Part shown: piece after piece, positions 41,101 through 51,903 of the stretch
Layout of the letters: each line of letters begins with the position of its first letter
Position numbering within the stretch: the stretch's first letter is position 1
DNA from: Cellvibrionales bacterium
Lineage (GTDB): Bacteria > Pseudomonadota > Gammaproteobacteria > Pseudomonadales > UBA7239
Length of the DNA: 56,001 bases
Reading direction: 5' to 3'
Assembly: GCA_043769275.1 (NCBI GenBank)
Contig: JAYVJM010000007.1
Coordinates: 1 to 56,001, forward strand
Notes under the pieces: model-generated
Told to the model about the DNA's origin: nothing
Database searches by the model: none
Seen by the model: the letters and a program-made list of their open reading frames with translations, nothing else
Made by a program: the position numbers and the translations under genes

Positions 41101-42092
41101 GCTTTAGGTTTGGAGCCACGCCCAACCGCGCCTTCGTCACGAATCTCCCCGCCGGCACCCGTGCCTGCGCCCGAAAACGGCGCTATTGCGGTGGGGTGAT
41201 TGTGCGTCTCCACCTTCATCAACAGATGGATGTCTTCCTGATGCGCTGCGTACTCACCTGTTTTTGAATCAGGATAAAAGCGCCCAGCACAACCACCCAC
41301 CACGACAGCTGCGTTGTCTGAGTAGGCAGAAAGGACATCGTTTCTTTCTTTTTCATGGGTATTTTTAATCATTTCAAATAGAGAATTTACTTGATGTTTT
41401 CCATCTATGCTCCAGTTTGCATTGAATATTTTATGGCGGCAGTGCTCGGAATTCGCCTGCGCAAACATCATCAACTCAACGTCACTCGGATTGCGGTTTA
41501 ACGCGGTAAAATTGGCGAGCAAGTAGTCAATTTCGTCATCAGCCAGCGCCAAACCTCGTTTGCTGTTGGCCGACACCAAGGCGGCACGCCCGCTGCCCAA
41601 CACATCCACTGTGCTGAATGGTGTGGGTTCTGTCTGCGTAAATAGCTGCGCTACGTCCTCGTCATGAAAAAATACCGTCTCTGTCATACGGTCATGCAGT
41701 AGACAGGCGATCAACGCACGCGCCGCTGGGGATAAACTTCCGTCGATTTCTAAAGAAAACTTAATGCCGCGTTCTATGCGTTTGACTGCCGGCAGGCCGC
41801 AGTTATGCGCGATATCAGTAGCCTTGCTCGCCCAAGGAGATACAGTACCTAATCGTGGTGCCACAATGAAAGTGTGGGTTCCTGCCTCGGGTTCGGCTGG
41901 TATTTCTGTGGAGCCGGTAGCCAGCAAAGCCTGCAGCTTTTGCTGCTCCTTATCCGTCAACGCATGCCTTACATCCACGTAATACACATAATTCGCCCAC
42001 AAACCGACTACAGCCACATGCTCGCGCAGGTGAGTCAGCCGTTTTTCGAGACGAAAAAAAGACAGGGCGGACGTACCGGGTAGAATCAGCAT
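38187..42092 (-). CDS. purL: Phosphoribosylformylglycinamidine synthase (large type)
   Basis: [57 protein letters not shown]; GAGG RBS before ATG 42092. Confidence 0.99.
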   Translation of the reverse strand: MLILPGTSALSFFRLEKRLTHLREHVAVVGLWANYVYYVDVRHALTDKEQQKLQALLATGSTEIPAEPEAGTHTFIVAPRLGTVSPWASKATDIAHNCGLPAVKRIERGIKFSLEIDGSLSPAARALIACLLHDRMTETVFFHDEDVAQLFTQTEPTPFSTVDVLGSGRAALVSANSKRGLALADDEIDYLLANFTALNRNPSDVELMMFAQANSEHCRHKIFNANWSIDGKHQVNSLFEMIKNTHEKERNDVLSAYSDNAAVVVGGCAGRFYPDSKTGEYAAHQEDIHLLMKVETHNHPTAIAPFSGAGTGAGGEIRDEGAVGRGSKPKAGLTGFSVSNLCIPGFEQPWERNAAGYYYGKPSRIVSALNIMLEGPVGSAAFNNEFGRPNLCGYFRSFEQLTQGIAGMEMRGYHKPIMVAGGYGNVRAEHVDKSPFAAGNQLIVLGGPAMQIGLGGSAASSMASGQSAEDLDFASVQRQNPEMERRCQEVIDRCWQLGERNPIQFIHDVGAGGLSNALPELVKDGGCGGTFNLRAVPSEETGMSPLAIWCNEAQERYVLAVKPEDIAVFDAICTRERCPYAVVGESSSEKHLWVNDSNFKNQPVDLPMSLLFGKPPKMTRAFNRETVVQPPLDTSSTSLPEAVKRVLQLPAVASKNFLITIGDRSVTGMVVRDQLVGPWQMPVADCAVTTVAYDTNKGEAMAMGERTPAALINAAASARMAIAEAITNISCARIEKLQDVKLSANWMCAAGFAGEDEKLFDAVHAVGMELCPQLGITVPVGKDSMSMRTQWQEAGAEKSVTSPMSLIISAFAPVLDVRKTITPQLQTKNINSSIYLIDLSNGKQRLGASALAQVFSQLGNETPDLDRPDQLANLFSLMQTALETQLLLACHDRSDGGLFVTLAEMAFAGHCGIDIALDGLGGTDLGALFAEELGIVVQVTDENALKALAFEHDLSSCLHRLGSINGDDCLRFTREQKTVFLTSRNAALHLWWDTSYRLQALRDNPTCAEQEKATVLNNSNPGLSVSLSFDHNNDIAAPFIQSGVRPRVAVLREQGVNGQVEMAAAFDRAGFTAVDVHMSDILTGRVDLADYKGIAACGGFSYGDVLGAGGGWAKTILFNNYARNMFEAFFDRQDSFSLGVCNGCQMMSHLKALIPGAEHWPRFIRNSSEQFEARFVMVEVQKSPSILFAGMEGSRLPIATAHGEGRAEFTSSTDLKLLNSKELVGLRYIDNHLCVSEMFPANPNGSPEGITALTNTDGRHSIMMPHPERVVRAVNNSWHPNEWQEDAPWLRLFRNARAWVG

Positions 42093-42338
42093 GGTTACCT
42101 CATGACGTGTTAAGCCGCCTTGTGACGAGGGGCAGGCGCAGATGGAAAAACGTCGTGCATTGTACTGAATGGAGATGCCGAGCACACGGAACAATTATTT
42201 TTGTTCTGGCTGGCTGTTTGTTGGCGGTAGTCGATTAGGTTCGGGGTAGTGGGTCGTTGCGCGTTAACGTGTAATATGCGCAATCTGCTCCAAGCGGGGC
42301 TGATGCAGATGCGGCTCCATTTTTAAGAGGTTTGACGT

Positions 42339-43034
42339 TTGAGCACAGGTGTTCATCACCATCAACATGCTTATGTGTTACTGCGCTCGCCGCGCAAAAC
42401 TATCGCAATTCATGTGAAAGCGGGGCAAGTGGAAGTCCGTGCGCCGCTACGGGTTTCTTTAGCTGATATAGATGTTTTTGTGCGAGCAAAAAACACATGG
42501 ATTACCAGAAAGCTGGCTGAAATAGAGCGCCGCACGGCTGATGTGTTGCAGTTTATAGACGGTAGTTTCGTAGATGTAATGGGCGAGCGCTTGCAATTGC
42601 TTTGGGTCACTGCAAGTAAGCCTCGCGTGTGGCGAGAAAATTATACCGTATGGATCGCGGGCGTTGCACTGGATACTGAGAGTGCCAAAATCTTGTTTTT
42701 ACGTTGGCTGGCAGCGGAAGCCAAACGGATTTTGTTACCGCATGCCGAACAAAAAATTGCAGCTTTAGGGCTTTCCTCTCGCCTAAGTGGGTTCACTTTG
42801 CGCTACACGCGCAGCCTGTGGGGACGTTGTTCCGTGCACGGCAACATCCTGCTTAACCCATTGATTTTGCTTGCTCCATTGCCGGTAGTCCATTATTTGA
42901 TCGTGCATGAAGCATGTCACCTACGCCATATGAATCATGCTGCGCAATTTTGGGCGTTAGTCGCTTTCCACTGCCCAGATTGGCGAACAAGCCGGCGCTG
43001 GTTAAAGACGCATGGCCAGCTTTTGGTTTGCTAG
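42339..43034 (+). CDS. M48/SprT-like (YgjP, DUF45) zinc-dependent protein
   Basis: RSPRKTIAI.V, WG.CS..G.I.LN, YLIVHEACHLRHMNH...FW; TTG start with GAGG RBS. Confidence 0.88.
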   Translation: MSTGVHHHQHAYVLLRSPRKTIAIHVKAGQVEVRAPLRVSLADIDVFVRAKNTWITRKLAEIERRTADVLQFIDGSFVDVMGERLQLLWVTASKPRVWRENYTVWIAGVALDTESAKILFLRWLAAEAKRILLPHAEQKIAALGLSSRLSGFTLRYTRSLWGRCSVHGNILLNPLILLAPLPVVHYLIVHEACHLRHMNHAAQFWALVAFHCPDWRTSRRWLKTHGQLLVC

Positions 43035-43164
43035 GCAAAAATACGGCTTGGCTGGATAAACACGAGCATACTCAGGCTCTAAAGGTTATTTACTCGATAG
43101 GAAAGGCTATTTTTTTGTGCACTCGTTTTTTAGCGGAAGCATATATATCTTGTGGCAAATTCTT

Positions 43165-43200
43165 TTGACAGATCAAGACACTGTCCCTAGAATGCGCGCC
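43165..43200 (+). promoter_or_regulatory. Near-consensus sigma70 promoter of the yceD-rpmF-plsX-fab operon with stringent-type discriminator
   Basis: TTGACA-17 nt-TAGAAT-GCGCGCC. Confidence 0.85.
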
Positions 43201-43202
43201 TT

Positions 43203-43751
43203 ATGCCCACTTTAGCCCCCAAACATACGCTGCTTCGCAGTGCCGACGCATTGAAGTTTTGTCAGCAGCAGGTAGCTGTCTCTGGCGTTGTACGCTTGGC
43301 GGAACTGCCGCGTTTAGCCGCCTCTTTACGCGAAGCGGAGGGCGAGGCGCTAGTAGATGTGGCTTTTGGTGTAGATCAACAAAAGCGCAAGGTGTTGAGT
43401 GGGCGCTTGCAGGCCGTATTGCCGCTTGTGTGCCAACGTTGCCTAGACAGTATCGACTGGCCTGTTGTCGGCCAGTTTTCGTTGGCACTTGTATGGAACG
43501 ATGAGCAGGCCAGTCAGCTGCCCAGCACACTAGACCCAGTTTTAATGGATAGCGAAGAACTTGATCTCTACGCCATTGTGGAAGATGAGTTGTTATTGGC
43601 TCTGCCTCTGGTGGCACACCACGAGGCAGCGTTATGCAGAGCACCAAGCCATACAGTCACTTTGCTAGATATAGATGCTGATCGTAAAAAAAATCCGTTT
43701 CAGGTTCTGTCTGGCTTGAACGTCAAGAAAAAGCCGCTTGAAGGTAGCTAA
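43203..43751 (+). CDS. yceD: YceD/DUF177 23S rRNA accumulation protein
   Basis: L.CQRCL, VEDELLLALP.V..H, NPFQVL; precedes rpmF. Confidence 0.93.
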   Translation: MPTLAPKHTLLRSADALKFCQQQVAVSGVVRLAELPRLAASLREAEGEALVDVAFGVDQQKRKVLSGRLQAVLPLVCQRCLDSIDWPVVGQFSLALVWNDEQASQLPSTLDPVLMDSEELDLYAIVEDELLLALPLVAHHEAALCRAPSHTVTLLDIDADRKKNPFQVLSGLNVKKKPLEGS

Positions 43752-43824
43752 ACATAAGTTAGGGGCGGGCAAAAGCCGCAAAAGTCAACCACAGCAATGG
43801 CAGCAGTGATGCCAGGAGTTTGAA

Positions 43825-44004
43825 ATGGCTGTACAAAAATCTCGTAAATCTCGTGCATGTCGTGGCATGCGTCGTTCTCATGATGCGTTGACCGTCACTG
43901 CGTTATCTGTAGATGCTGTTAGCGGTGAAAAACATCGCCGTCATCAAATGACGGCAGATGGCTTTTATCGCGGACGTAAAGTGTTAGACATCGATAACGG
44001 CTAA
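43825..44004 (+). CDS. rpmF: 50S ribosomal protein L32 (not in the ORF track, 59 aa)
   Basis: [22 protein letters not shown]...[20 protein letters not shown]; AGGAG RBS. Confidence 0.97.
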   Translation: MAVQKSRKSRACRGMRRSHDALTVTALSVDAVSGEKHRRHQMTADGFYRGRKVLDIDNG

Positions 44005-44005
44005 G

Positions 44006-45034
44006 TTGCGGAAGGTGAGCCTGCCGGCTGTAATTACGGTTGCAGTTGACGTAATGGGTGGGGATTACGGAACTCCCACCACTGTGCCTGCTTGTGTGCG
44101 GGCGCTTTCGTTGATACAAGATTGTCATTTTATTTTGTTTGGTAATCAGGCTGAAATTGAGCAGCACCTGCCTCGTCTAAATGCCGAAAAACGTGCGCGC
44201 TTTTGTATCGTTGCCACAGAACAGGTCGTCGGGATGAACGAAAAGCCATCCCTTGCATTGCGAAAAAAACAACAGTCTTCATTGTATCGCGCTATAAATT
44301 GTTTGCGCGAGGGTTCGGCACAAGCTTGCGTTAGCGCAGGTAATACAGGTGCCATGCTGGCCATTGGAAATCATTTGCTGCACGCGTTTTCCAATATCGA
44401 CAGGCCGGCTGTTTGTACGGCTATTCCTACCGAAAACGGGCGGTGTTTATTATTGGATGTGGGTGCAAATGTTAGCCTTCAGGCTGCTCATTTGTACCAG
44501 TTTGCACTGATGGGTTCCGTTTTATCCAACGCACTCTTTAGTATCAAAAAACCACGTGTTGCATTGCTTAATATCGGCGTAGAAGAAAGTAAGGGCAGCG
44601 AGCAAATAAAATCCGCTGCAAAATTATTACAGGCAGATACCACATTAAATTACATTGGTTTCGTAGAGCCGGATCAGTTGTTTTTTGATCGCGCTGATGT
44701 TGCGGTGTGTGACGGTTTTGTCGGCAACATTGCTTTGAAGTCTGCTGAAGGTGCTGCGCGTTTGATTGCACAGAAGATACGTGCAGCAATGGAAAAAAAT
44801 AACTTATTGGGCTTGCTTGCCAAACCGTTATTGCATTCTGTATTTAAACAAATTGATCCAGCTCGTTATAACGGCGCTAGCTTTTTGGGCTTGCAAAAAA
44901 CGCTGGTCAAAAGTCACGGCAGCGCGAATAGCGATGCCTTTTATCAGGCTTTGGAATTGGCATATTTTGAGGCGCGTGCAGAAATTCCGCGCATGATCCG
45001 TGAAAAACTAGAAAAAAATCAGCGTATTGTCTAG
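44006..45034 (+). CDS. plsX: Phosphate acyltransferase
   Basis: AVDVMGGDYG, VSAGNTGA, LLDVGAN, LLNIGVEE.KG, DGFVGN..LK, KSHG; exact start uncertain. Confidence 0.96.
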   Translation: MRKVSLPAVITVAVDVMGGDYGTPTTVPACVRALSLIQDCHFILFGNQAEIEQHLPRLNAEKRARFCIVATEQVVGMNEKPSLALRKKQQSSLYRAINCLREGSAQACVSAGNTGAMLAIGNHLLHAFSNIDRPAVCTAIPTENGRCLLLDVGANVSLQAAHLYQFALMGSVLSNALFSIKKPRVALLNIGVEESKGSEQIKSAAKLLQADTTLNYIGFVEPDQLFFDRADVAVCDGFVGNIALKSAEGAARLIAQKIRAAMEKNNLLGLLAKPLLHSVFKQIDPARYNGASFLGLQKTLVKSHGSANSDAFYQALELAYFEARAEIPRMIREKLEKNQRIV

Positions 45035-45061
45035 AGATTGTTTTGGTGGAGTTTGCCTAGT

Positions 45062-45997
45062 ATGAATCAAGAGCTTGCGTTTGTTTTTTCCGGTCAGGGT
45101 TCACAAAAAATCGGCATGTTGGCTGATATGGCGGATCAATTTCCTGTGGTGCAAAAAACGTTTGTCGAGGCTTCCAGTGTGCTGGGCTATGACTTGTGGG
45201 ATCTGTGTCAAAACGCAGATCAGTCGCGCTTGAATCTCACAGAAACAACACAGCCATTATTGCTAACAGCAAGCGTTTCTTTGTGGCGTGTTTGGCAAGA
45301 AAAAAACGGTGCGCAGCCTGCGCTTTTAGCTGGACACAGTTTGGGTGAGTGGTCGGCGCTTGTGTGTGCTGATGTGGTTTCATTCGCAGATGCGTTGGAC
45401 TTGGTGCGCAAGCGCGGAGCTTACATGCAAGCCGCAGTACCGCAAGGCGAAGGCGCAATGGCTGCAGTGATTGGGCTGGATAATGAAAAAATTATCGCTA
45501 TTTGTCGAGAAGCGTCATCGGCCGGCGTGGTTGAAGCGGTAAACTTTAATGCACCAGGGCAGGTTGTCATTGCAGGGCAAGCAGCAGCGGTTGATCGCGC
45601 CAGTGTGCTGTTAAAAACTGCTGGAGCAAAACGTGTTTTACCGCTGCCGGTGAGTGCGCCATTTCATACATCGTTAATGGGCGCAGCAGCAGAAAAAATG
45701 GCGCGGCATATTGAGGCAACGCACTTTAACGCGCCTAAAATTCCCGTAGTCCACAATGTAAATGCCAAAACAGAAGCCGAGCCTAGCGCGATAAAACAGC
45801 TAATGGTTCGGCAGATAGACCATCCTGTAATGTGGGTTGATTGCGTGAATACGCTCGTTAAAGGCGGCGTTAAAACCGTGCTTGAGTGCGGCCCAGGCAA
45901 AGTGTTATGTGGTTTGTGTACGCGCATTGATAAATCTCTAAATGCCATCGGGCTTGAAGACGTTGCAGGCCTAGCAAACGCGCTAGAGCGCACTTGA
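45062..45997 (+). CDS. fabD: Malonyl CoA-ACP transacylase
   Basis: FSGQGSQ, TQP, GHSLGE, LPVSAPFHT, ECGPGKVL. Confidence 0.97.
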   Translation: MNQELAFVFSGQGSQKIGMLADMADQFPVVQKTFVEASSVLGYDLWDLCQNADQSRLNLTETTQPLLLTASVSLWRVWQEKNGAQPALLAGHSLGEWSALVCADVVSFADALDLVRKRGAYMQAAVPQGEGAMAAVIGLDNEKIIAICREASSAGVVEAVNFNAPGQVVIAGQAAAVDRASVLLKTAGAKRVLPLPVSAPFHTSLMGAAAEKMARHIEATHFNAPKIPVVHNVNAKTEAEPSAIKQLMVRQIDHPVMWVDCVNTLVKGGVKTVLECGPGKVLCGLCTRIDKSLNAIGLEDVAGLANALERT

Positions 45998-46025
45998 TTT
46001 TATTTTTTACGGTGGGTGATCGTTT

Positions 46026-46769
46026 ATGAGTATTGAAGGGAAAGTCGCACTGGTAACTGGCGCGAGCCGTGGAATTGGTCGCTGCATCGCTGAAACTTTA
46101 GGGCGCGCTGGTGCCATTGTGATAGGCACCGCAACGAGTGAAATGGGCGTACAGGCGATTACCGAGCGTTTAGCATCAAATGGCACAAAAGGTTGCGGGA
46201 TGTTGTTGAATGTGACCGATAGCGCTTCTGTTGAGGCGGTCACTAAGGCGATTAATGCCCAGTTTGGCGCTGTTGAGATTCTCGTCAACAACGCAGGTAT
46301 TACAAAGGACAGTCTTTTGATGCGCATGAAGGACGAGGAATGGTATGACGTTATCAACACCAACCTTACATCTGTTTATCGCTTGAGTCGTGCGTGCGTG
46401 CGAGGCATGAGCAAAGCACGCTGGGGGCGCATTATCAACATTGGCTCGGTAGTGGGCGAGATGGGTAATGCAGGTCAAAGCAATTATGCAGCAAGCAAGG
46501 CGGGTGTGGCGGGATTTGCGCGTGCGCTCGCGCGTGAAATTGGTTCGCGCAACATTACGGTTAATACCGTTGCGCCAGGGTTTATCGACACAGACATGAC
46601 GCATGTACTGCCGGCGGAACAAAAGCAGTTTTTGTTGGGCCAAATTCCATTGGCGCGTTTAGGCAAGCCAGAAGAAATTGCAGCTGTTGTCAGCTTCCTT
46701 GCCTCGGGTGCTGCAGCTTATATTACAGGCGAGACGATTCATGTGAATGGCGGCATGTATATGGCGTAA
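46026..46769 (+). CDS. fabG: 3-oxoacyl-ACP reductase
   Basis: TGASRGIG, NNAGIT.D, YAASK, PGFIDTDMT, NGGMYM. Confidence 0.98.
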   Translation: MSIEGKVALVTGASRGIGRCIAETLGRAGAIVIGTATSEMGVQAITERLASNGTKGCGMLLNVTDSASVEAVTKAINAQFGAVEILVNNAGITKDSLLMRMKDEEWYDVINTNLTSVYRLSRACVRGMSKARWGRIINIGSVVGEMGNAGQSNYAASKAGVAGFARALAREIGSRNITVNTVAPGFIDTDMTHVLPAEQKQFLLGQIPLARLGKPEEIAAVVSFLASGAAAYITGETIHVNGGMYMA

Positions 46770-46934
46770 TTATTTGATTATAAAGAGCTGGTTGCTTGCT
46801 TTCCCTTTGCGGAAAAATGAAGGTAGAATGCGCCGTCCCGCTTGGGATAGGCTGGTCTTTAAAGTAGCCAATTCAGGTATTAAAAGTCGATTTAAATAAA
46901 CCAGATTTCCACAAACTAAGAGTGCACGAAGACC

Positions 46935-47174
46935 ATGAGTAGCATTGAAGAGCGCGTTAAAAAAATCGTTGCCGAGCAACTGGGTGTTAAGGAGGAGGAC
47001 GTGAAAAGCGGGGCCTCTTTTGTTGAAGATCTCGGAGCAGACTCTTTGGATACCGTAGAGCTTGTGATGGCTTTGGAGGAGGAGTTTGAAACTGAAATTC
47101 CAGATGAAGAAGCCGAAAAAATCACTACTGTGCAGCTGGCCATCGACTACATTAACACAAATCAAGTCGCATAA
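46935..47174 (+). CDS. acpP: Acyl carrier protein
   Basis: [20 protein letters not shown]. Confidence 0.99.
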   Translation: MSSIEERVKKIVAEQLGVKEEDVKSGASFVEDLGADSLDTVELVMALEEEFETEIPDEEAEKITTVQLAIDYINTNQVA

Positions 47175-47233
47175 TTTCTGTTGCAATTGAAAGCTCTTTT
47201 GGCGGGAGTCTATTTAGCATATTAATTTGCCGT

Positions 47234-47272
47234 AAAAGAAAAGCCGTCACGTTATTGTACGGCTTTTCTTTT
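47234..47272 (+). terminator. Intrinsic terminator after acpP
   Basis: AAAAGAAAAGCCGT...ACGGCTTTTCTTTT. Confidence 0.85.
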
Positions 47273-47348
47273 GTGCGGCTGATTTCTGTTTAGTGGCTGC
47301 TTTATATGACTTTTTATTTTTTCATTCAAAACAATAGGAATTGCATGC

Positions 47349-48587
47349 GTGATAGGTAGAAGGGTAGTGGTCACAGGCTTAGGTATGGTGACGCCTTTGG
47401 GTAACACTGTTGATTCAGCGTGGGAAGGGATTCTTGCTAGTCGTAGCGGTATTGCCAGCATTCATCATTTTGATGCGCTGCCTTTCACTACTCAATTTGC
47501 AGGCAATATACGCGGCCTTGATCTTGAGCATTACATACCAATTAAAGATGCTCGAAGAATGGATCTTTTTATTCAGTACGGTTTTGTGGCCGGCGTGCAA
47601 GCAATGGAAGATAGCGGTTTACACGTCACCGAAGCTAACGCAGATCGTTTCGGTGCTGCCATCGGATCAGGTATTGGCGGTATTGGCGCAATTGAAGAAA
47701 GCCGCGATATTGTCGTCAATAAGGGTCCGCGCAAAATATCGCCGTTTTTTGTGCCTGGCAGTATCACCAATATGGTTTCTGGCAATCTTGCTATCAAATA
47801 TGGGTTGCGTGGCCCCAATATTGCGGTAACTACGGCCTGTACTACGGGTACGCATAACATTGGTATTGCCACACGAATGGTTGCGTTGGGTGATGCTGAT
47901 GCCATGTTGGCTGGTGGTGCTGAAATGGCCTGTACTCCTGTGGGACTGGCTGGATTTGCCGCTGCCCGTGCATTGTCCACCCGCAATGACAATCCGCAAG
48001 CAGCTAGCCGTCCTTGGGATAAGGATCGTGATGGTTTCGTTTTGGCTGATGGTGCAGGTGTTTTGCTATTAGAAGAATATGAGCATGCAAAAAAGCGAGG
48101 TGCCAAAATTTACGCCGAGCTGTGTGGTTTTGGTATGAGTGATGACGCGTTTCACATGACATCACCCCCAGAAGACGGTAACGGTGCTGCGCGTTCGATG
48201 AGCAACGCTTTACGTGATGCTGCGATCAATGCCTCAGACGTGCAGTACATCAACGCACACGGTACATCAACGCCAGCAGGTGATGCGGCAGAATGCCGTG
48301 CAGTGAAGTTGGCAATGGGAAATGCAGCCGCTACCGTCGCTGTTAGCTCAACAAAGTCTATGACGGGTCACCTGCTGGGCGCTGCTGGTGCGGTGGAGGC
48401 TATTTTTTCTATTTTGGCCATACGGGATCAAGTCGCACCCCCGACTATAAATCTTGACAATCCAGACACCGATTGCAATCTAAACCTTGTGCCGCATTGG
48501 CCTCAAAAAATGGCGATACGCTACGCTATGTCAAATTCATTTGGTTTTGGTGGCACTAATGGTTCGCTTGTGTTTGGAAAAATATAA
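47349..48587 (+). CDS. fabF: 3-oxoacyl-ACP synthase II
   Basis: [44 protein letters not shown]. Confidence 0.98.
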   Translation: MIGRRVVVTGLGMVTPLGNTVDSAWEGILASRSGIASIHHFDALPFTTQFAGNIRGLDLEHYIPIKDARRMDLFIQYGFVAGVQAMEDSGLHVTEANADRFGAAIGSGIGGIGAIEESRDIVVNKGPRKISPFFVPGSITNMVSGNLAIKYGLRGPNIAVTTACTTGTHNIGIATRMVALGDADAMLAGGAEMACTPVGLAGFAAARALSTRNDNPQAASRPWDKDRDGFVLADGAGVLLLEEYEHAKKRGAKIYAELCGFGMSDDAFHMTSPPEDGNGAARSMSNALRDAAINASDVQYINAHGTSTPAGDAAECRAVKLAMGNAAATVAVSSTKSMTGHLLGAAGAVEAIFSILAIRDQVAPPTINLDNPDTDCNLNLVPHWPQKMAIRYAMSNSFGFGGTNGSLVFGKI

Positions 48588-48608
48588 TACGGGTTGCAGC
48601 AGTAGCCC

Positions 48609-49457
48609 GTGAGAGAAGCGGCTTTATATTCTTCTTGTTTAGACTCTTCCGCGGGAGAATCCTGTCTGTGGGAGCGTGCTGTCGCCTACGGCGATGGGGT
48701 GTTTGAGACAATTATTGTATTTAATGGCTTTGCCCCACTGTGGAGCTATCACCGTACGCGATTGCAGTCTTCATTGGCACGCTTACACATACAGGCAGAT
48801 TTGGCTGACATTGAGCAAAAGCTCTTTGCTTTAATGCGCGAAAGCGGTAACGCGTTGTTGAAGCTCATCGTGGCGCGTAGCGGCGGCAAACGCGGTTATG
48901 ATGCCCGTGCCGCACTTACAAGCGTGTTCTCTATCCAGCGTTACCCATTACCACAATATACATCTGATTGTTTGTTGGGAGTGGCTCTGCACGTATGCTC
49001 ACATGTATTGTCGTGCAATCCTGCGCTGGCCGGCATTAAGCACCTTAATCGTTTAGAGCAGGTGTTAGCCGCGAGTGAGTGGAATCGTTCGTGGGCGCAG
49101 GAAGGGTTGCTGCTGAGTGATGCCGGCAATGTGATTGAATGCGTATCCTCCAATATTTTTATAGTGTCTGGCGACGTATTACAAACGCCAAGGCTGGATA
49201 TTTGCGGTGTGGCTGGCGTTATGCGCGCTGTTATTTTGCAGGAAATTGCGCCCGCACTACACATTTCTGTACAGGAAGCACGTTTGACATTAGCTGATTT
49301 TCTGGCCTCAGATGAGTGCTTTGTTTGCAATAGCGTCTTTGGCTTGTGGCCAGTTACACGTATTGACGCAAGCTTCATTGGCAATGGCTCCCACGCATAT
49401 ACCGCAAAAATTTTACAAACGCTGCAACCATTTGGTTATGGGGCTCTGTATGCGTAG
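48609..49457 (+). CDS. pabC: Aminodeoxychorismate lyase
   Basis: R..AYGDGVFETI, LAGIKHLNRLEQV, ECVSSNIF, GVAGVMR, CNSV. Confidence 0.93.
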   Translation: MREAALYSSCLDSSAGESCLWERAVAYGDGVFETIIVFNGFAPLWSYHRTRLQSSLARLHIQADLADIEQKLFALMRESGNALLKLIVARSGGKRGYDARAALTSVFSIQRYPLPQYTSDCLLGVALHVCSHVLSCNPALAGIKHLNRLEQVLAASEWNRSWAQEGLLLSDAGNVIECVSSNIFIVSGDVLQTPRLDICGVAGVMRAVILQEIAPALHISVQEARLTLADFLASDECFVCNSVFGLWPVTRIDASFIGNGSHAYTAKILQTLQPFGYGALYA

Positions 49458-50529
49458 ATTTTTATTGTTGTTTTTAATTCTTGTTATTGCTGTTGTTCTA
49501 TTTGCATGGCTACAGCTCCGTGCGGCGACTATGCAGCACTTAGTCTTACCTGAAGGCTCATATACTCTGCTGGTTGTAGAGGGCGACACCCTCACAAAAA
49601 CAATCTATAAATTACAAGCTCAAGGCATTTTATCTCATGCGCGCTGGCTGCTTTTATATGCGCAATTTCGAAAAAATACTGCAATTCGACAGGGAGAGTA
49701 CAGTCTGACCCCTGACTTGACTGGCGAAGCCTTGTTGCAGCAATTTAATCGCGGGAGGGTGCTTGAGTATCGAATAACATTTGTTGAAGGCAGTACGCTA
49801 GCCGATGCGATACAGTTGTTATCGTCGCAAGAAAAAATGATAAATGATATCGACAGTATGGATGCCAACCACTACAAGGCGCTTTTGGGTTTTACGCAGG
49901 AACAGGGAGAAGGCTGGGTTTTTCCTGATACATATAGCTATGTCAAAGGCACTAAAATGTCTGAAATATTATTGCGTGCTTATCGACGCATGCAAAATAT
50001 CCTTAATGAAGAATGGGAAAAAAAAGCAAAAGATCTACCTTATAAAAGTCCTTATCATGCGCTGATTATGGCAAGTATTATCGAAAAAGAAACGGGAGTG
50101 GCTTATGAGCGCCCTAAAATTGCAGGTGTTTTCGTACGTCGGCTAAAGAAAGGAATGCGATTGCAAACAGACCCTAGTGTGATTTATGGGGTCGGGCGTA
50201 ACTTTAAGGGCGATCTCAAGCGTAGCCATCTGCTTGAGGAGACACCATACAACACATATACAATAGATGGCCTTCCGCCTACACCTATTGCTTTGCCAGG
50301 TAGAGCCGCTATTCATGCGGCATTGCATCCAGACGAAAGCTCTGCGTTATATTTTGTTGCGCGCGGCGATGGCACGCACAGTTTTTCTAACAATTACGAG
50401 CAGCATCAGCGTGCGGTAGCCCAGCATCAGTTACGTCGAGCAGGTGATTATCGCTCTGCACCACCAGAAAAAGTACCAGTGTTTAAAAAGACTGAGTCAA
50501 GCCCGCCTGCGAGCCGCTCTGCGCAATAA
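49450..50529 (+). CDS. mltG: Endolytic transglycosylase MltG
   Basis: N-terminal TM helix, EG..FPDTY, ASIIEKET, RL..GMRLQTDPSVIYG, GLPPTPI, LYFVARGDG. Confidence 0.96.
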   Translation: MRRFLLLFLILVIAVVLFAWLQLRAATMQHLVLPEGSYTLLVVEGDTLTKTIYKLQAQGILSHARWLLLYAQFRKNTAIRQGEYSLTPDLTGEALLQQFNRGRVLEYRITFVEGSTLADAIQLLSSQEKMINDIDSMDANHYKALLGFTQEQGEGWVFPDTYSYVKGTKMSEILLRAYRRMQNILNEEWEKKAKDLPYKSPYHALIMASIIEKETGVAYERPKIAGVFVRRLKKGMRLQTDPSVIYGVGRNFKGDLKRSHLLEETPYNTYTIDGLPPTPIALPGRAAIHAALHPDESSALYFVARGDGTHSFSNNYEQHQRAVAQHQLRRAGDYRSAPPEKVPVFKKTESSPPASRSAQ

Positions 50530-50809
50530 TTGTTTAGGTTCGTGGAGCTTTATCTGTTTTCCCGTGTCAAAATCGCTGCGTTAACTAACTATGGCAATAA
50601 AAAGCCTGCTGTTTAGCATGTCCTGTATGCAGATAAAGAGAGGCTTAGGCCGCTTACTTAACTTCCCTGACAAATAGGGTAAAAGAGTTTTCAGAAGGGC
50701 ATTGGGCATGCGTGCGCGGCACGGGGGGCTATACTGGTTGCCGTAGAGGGGCGCGTTAGCTTTTGCGTTTTATAATATTATTAATATTCAATCTTTAAAT
50801 GGAGATGCT

Positions 50810-51250
50810 ATGGTCCGTTTACTAAGTAAAAATCAGCGGGGCTTTACGTTGATTGAGGTTATGGTTGTTATTGTTATTCTAGGCATTTTGAGCGCACTGA
50901 TAGTCCCCAACATTCTGCATAAAGCCGAAGACGCAAGAGTGGCTGCGGCCAAGAGCGATATTGCAGCCATTGGTCAGGCACTTGATTTGTATAAGCTGGA
51001 TAATTCCGTTTACCCCAGTACAGACCAAGGGCTGGAGGCTTTGGTTAGAAAACCAACAGGAAGCCCTGAGCCGCGCAGCTGGAATCCAGATGGCTATTTG
51101 AAAAAACTGCCTGAAGACCCATGGCATCGCCCCTATGAGTACAGCAGCCCTTCTGATGACGGTGCTCCGTATGAAATTCGTTCGCTTGGTCCAACCGGTC
51201 GCAAAGGTGGTGAAGGTCAGGACGCTGAGATTAGCAGCAAAGGTTTGTAA
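50810..51250 (+). CDS. gspG: Type II secretion major pseudopilin GspG
   Basis: G/FTLIEVMVV prepilin site, ALDLYKLDN..YP.TDQGL.AL, LP.DPW..PY.Y. Confidence 0.97.
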   Translation: MVRLLSKNQRGFTLIEVMVVIVILGILSALIVPNILHKAEDARVAAAKSDIAAIGQALDLYKLDNSVYPSTDQGLEALVRKPTGSPEPRSWNPDGYLKKLPEDPWHRPYEYSSPSDDGAPYEIRSLGPTGRKGGEGQDAEISSKGL

Positions 51251-51903
51251 TGGCAGACAGGTGGCCTTACGCGAAATTTTCACTTGGTGATCGTTTTATG
51301 GTGCTGAGGTCTTCGCGTATTCCTACACAACAGGGCTTTACTTTACTTGAATTGATGGCGGTGATTTTTATTGCCGGCATCATGGCAAGCTTAATTATGA
51401 TGAGCGTAGGCGGTAACAGTGAGCGCGAATTTCGCCGCGATGCAAACCGTCTCCAGCAGGCGCTTAACATGGCGGCTGATGAGGCTCAATTTAATGGACA
51501 GGATCTGGGGTTTTGGTTGGCACCGGACGGCAGCAGCTACAGCTTTTACACTTTTGATAACAAGGCACTTGCATGGACCGCTTATGACAAACAGGGTTTC
51601 ACTAGTTATAAATTGCCGACACGTTATGCAATGGATGTGAGCTTGCTTGGTGAGCCGGTAGATTTGGCTGCACTGTACAAGAAAACTTACAAGCTTAATA
51701 ATTTTAAGGCCGAAAAGTTCGATGAAGCGCCTATACAGCCTTTGCTTGTGTTTTTCTCAGATGGCAATTACAGCGCATTCCGTTTGCGGTTAAGCAACCC
51801 TAATATTAATGGAGTTTATTATAATCTAGAGGGCGACGGGCTGGGTTCCATCACTCTTGATAAAACGGAGGCGCGCCAAAAGCCGCGTACTCGCCGTGGC
51901 TAA
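51250..51903 (+). CDS. gspH: Type II secretion minor pseudopilin GspH
   Basis: QG/FTLLELM prepilin motif; position after gspG; start could be 51298. Confidence 0.88.
   Translation: MADRWPYAKFSLGDRFMVLRSSRIPTQQGFTLLELMAVIFIAGIMASLIMMSVGGNSEREFRRDANRLQQALNMAADEAQFNGQDLGFWLAPDGSSYSFYTFDNKALAWTAYDKQGFTSYKLPTRYAMDVSLLGEPVDLAALYKKTYKLNNFKAEKFDEAPIQPLLVFFSDGNYSAFRLRLSNPNINGVYYNLEGDGLGSITLDKTEARQKPRTRRG

Noticed and set aside
42093-42338. Riboswitch (ZTP or PRPP) or PurR box upstream of purL
   Set aside because: No conserved riboswitch core recognised and only a poor PurR-like match; an Rfam scan would be decisive.
45035-45061. Absence of fabH between plsX and fabD
   Set aside because: This arrangement is normal for Pseudomonas-like genomes.
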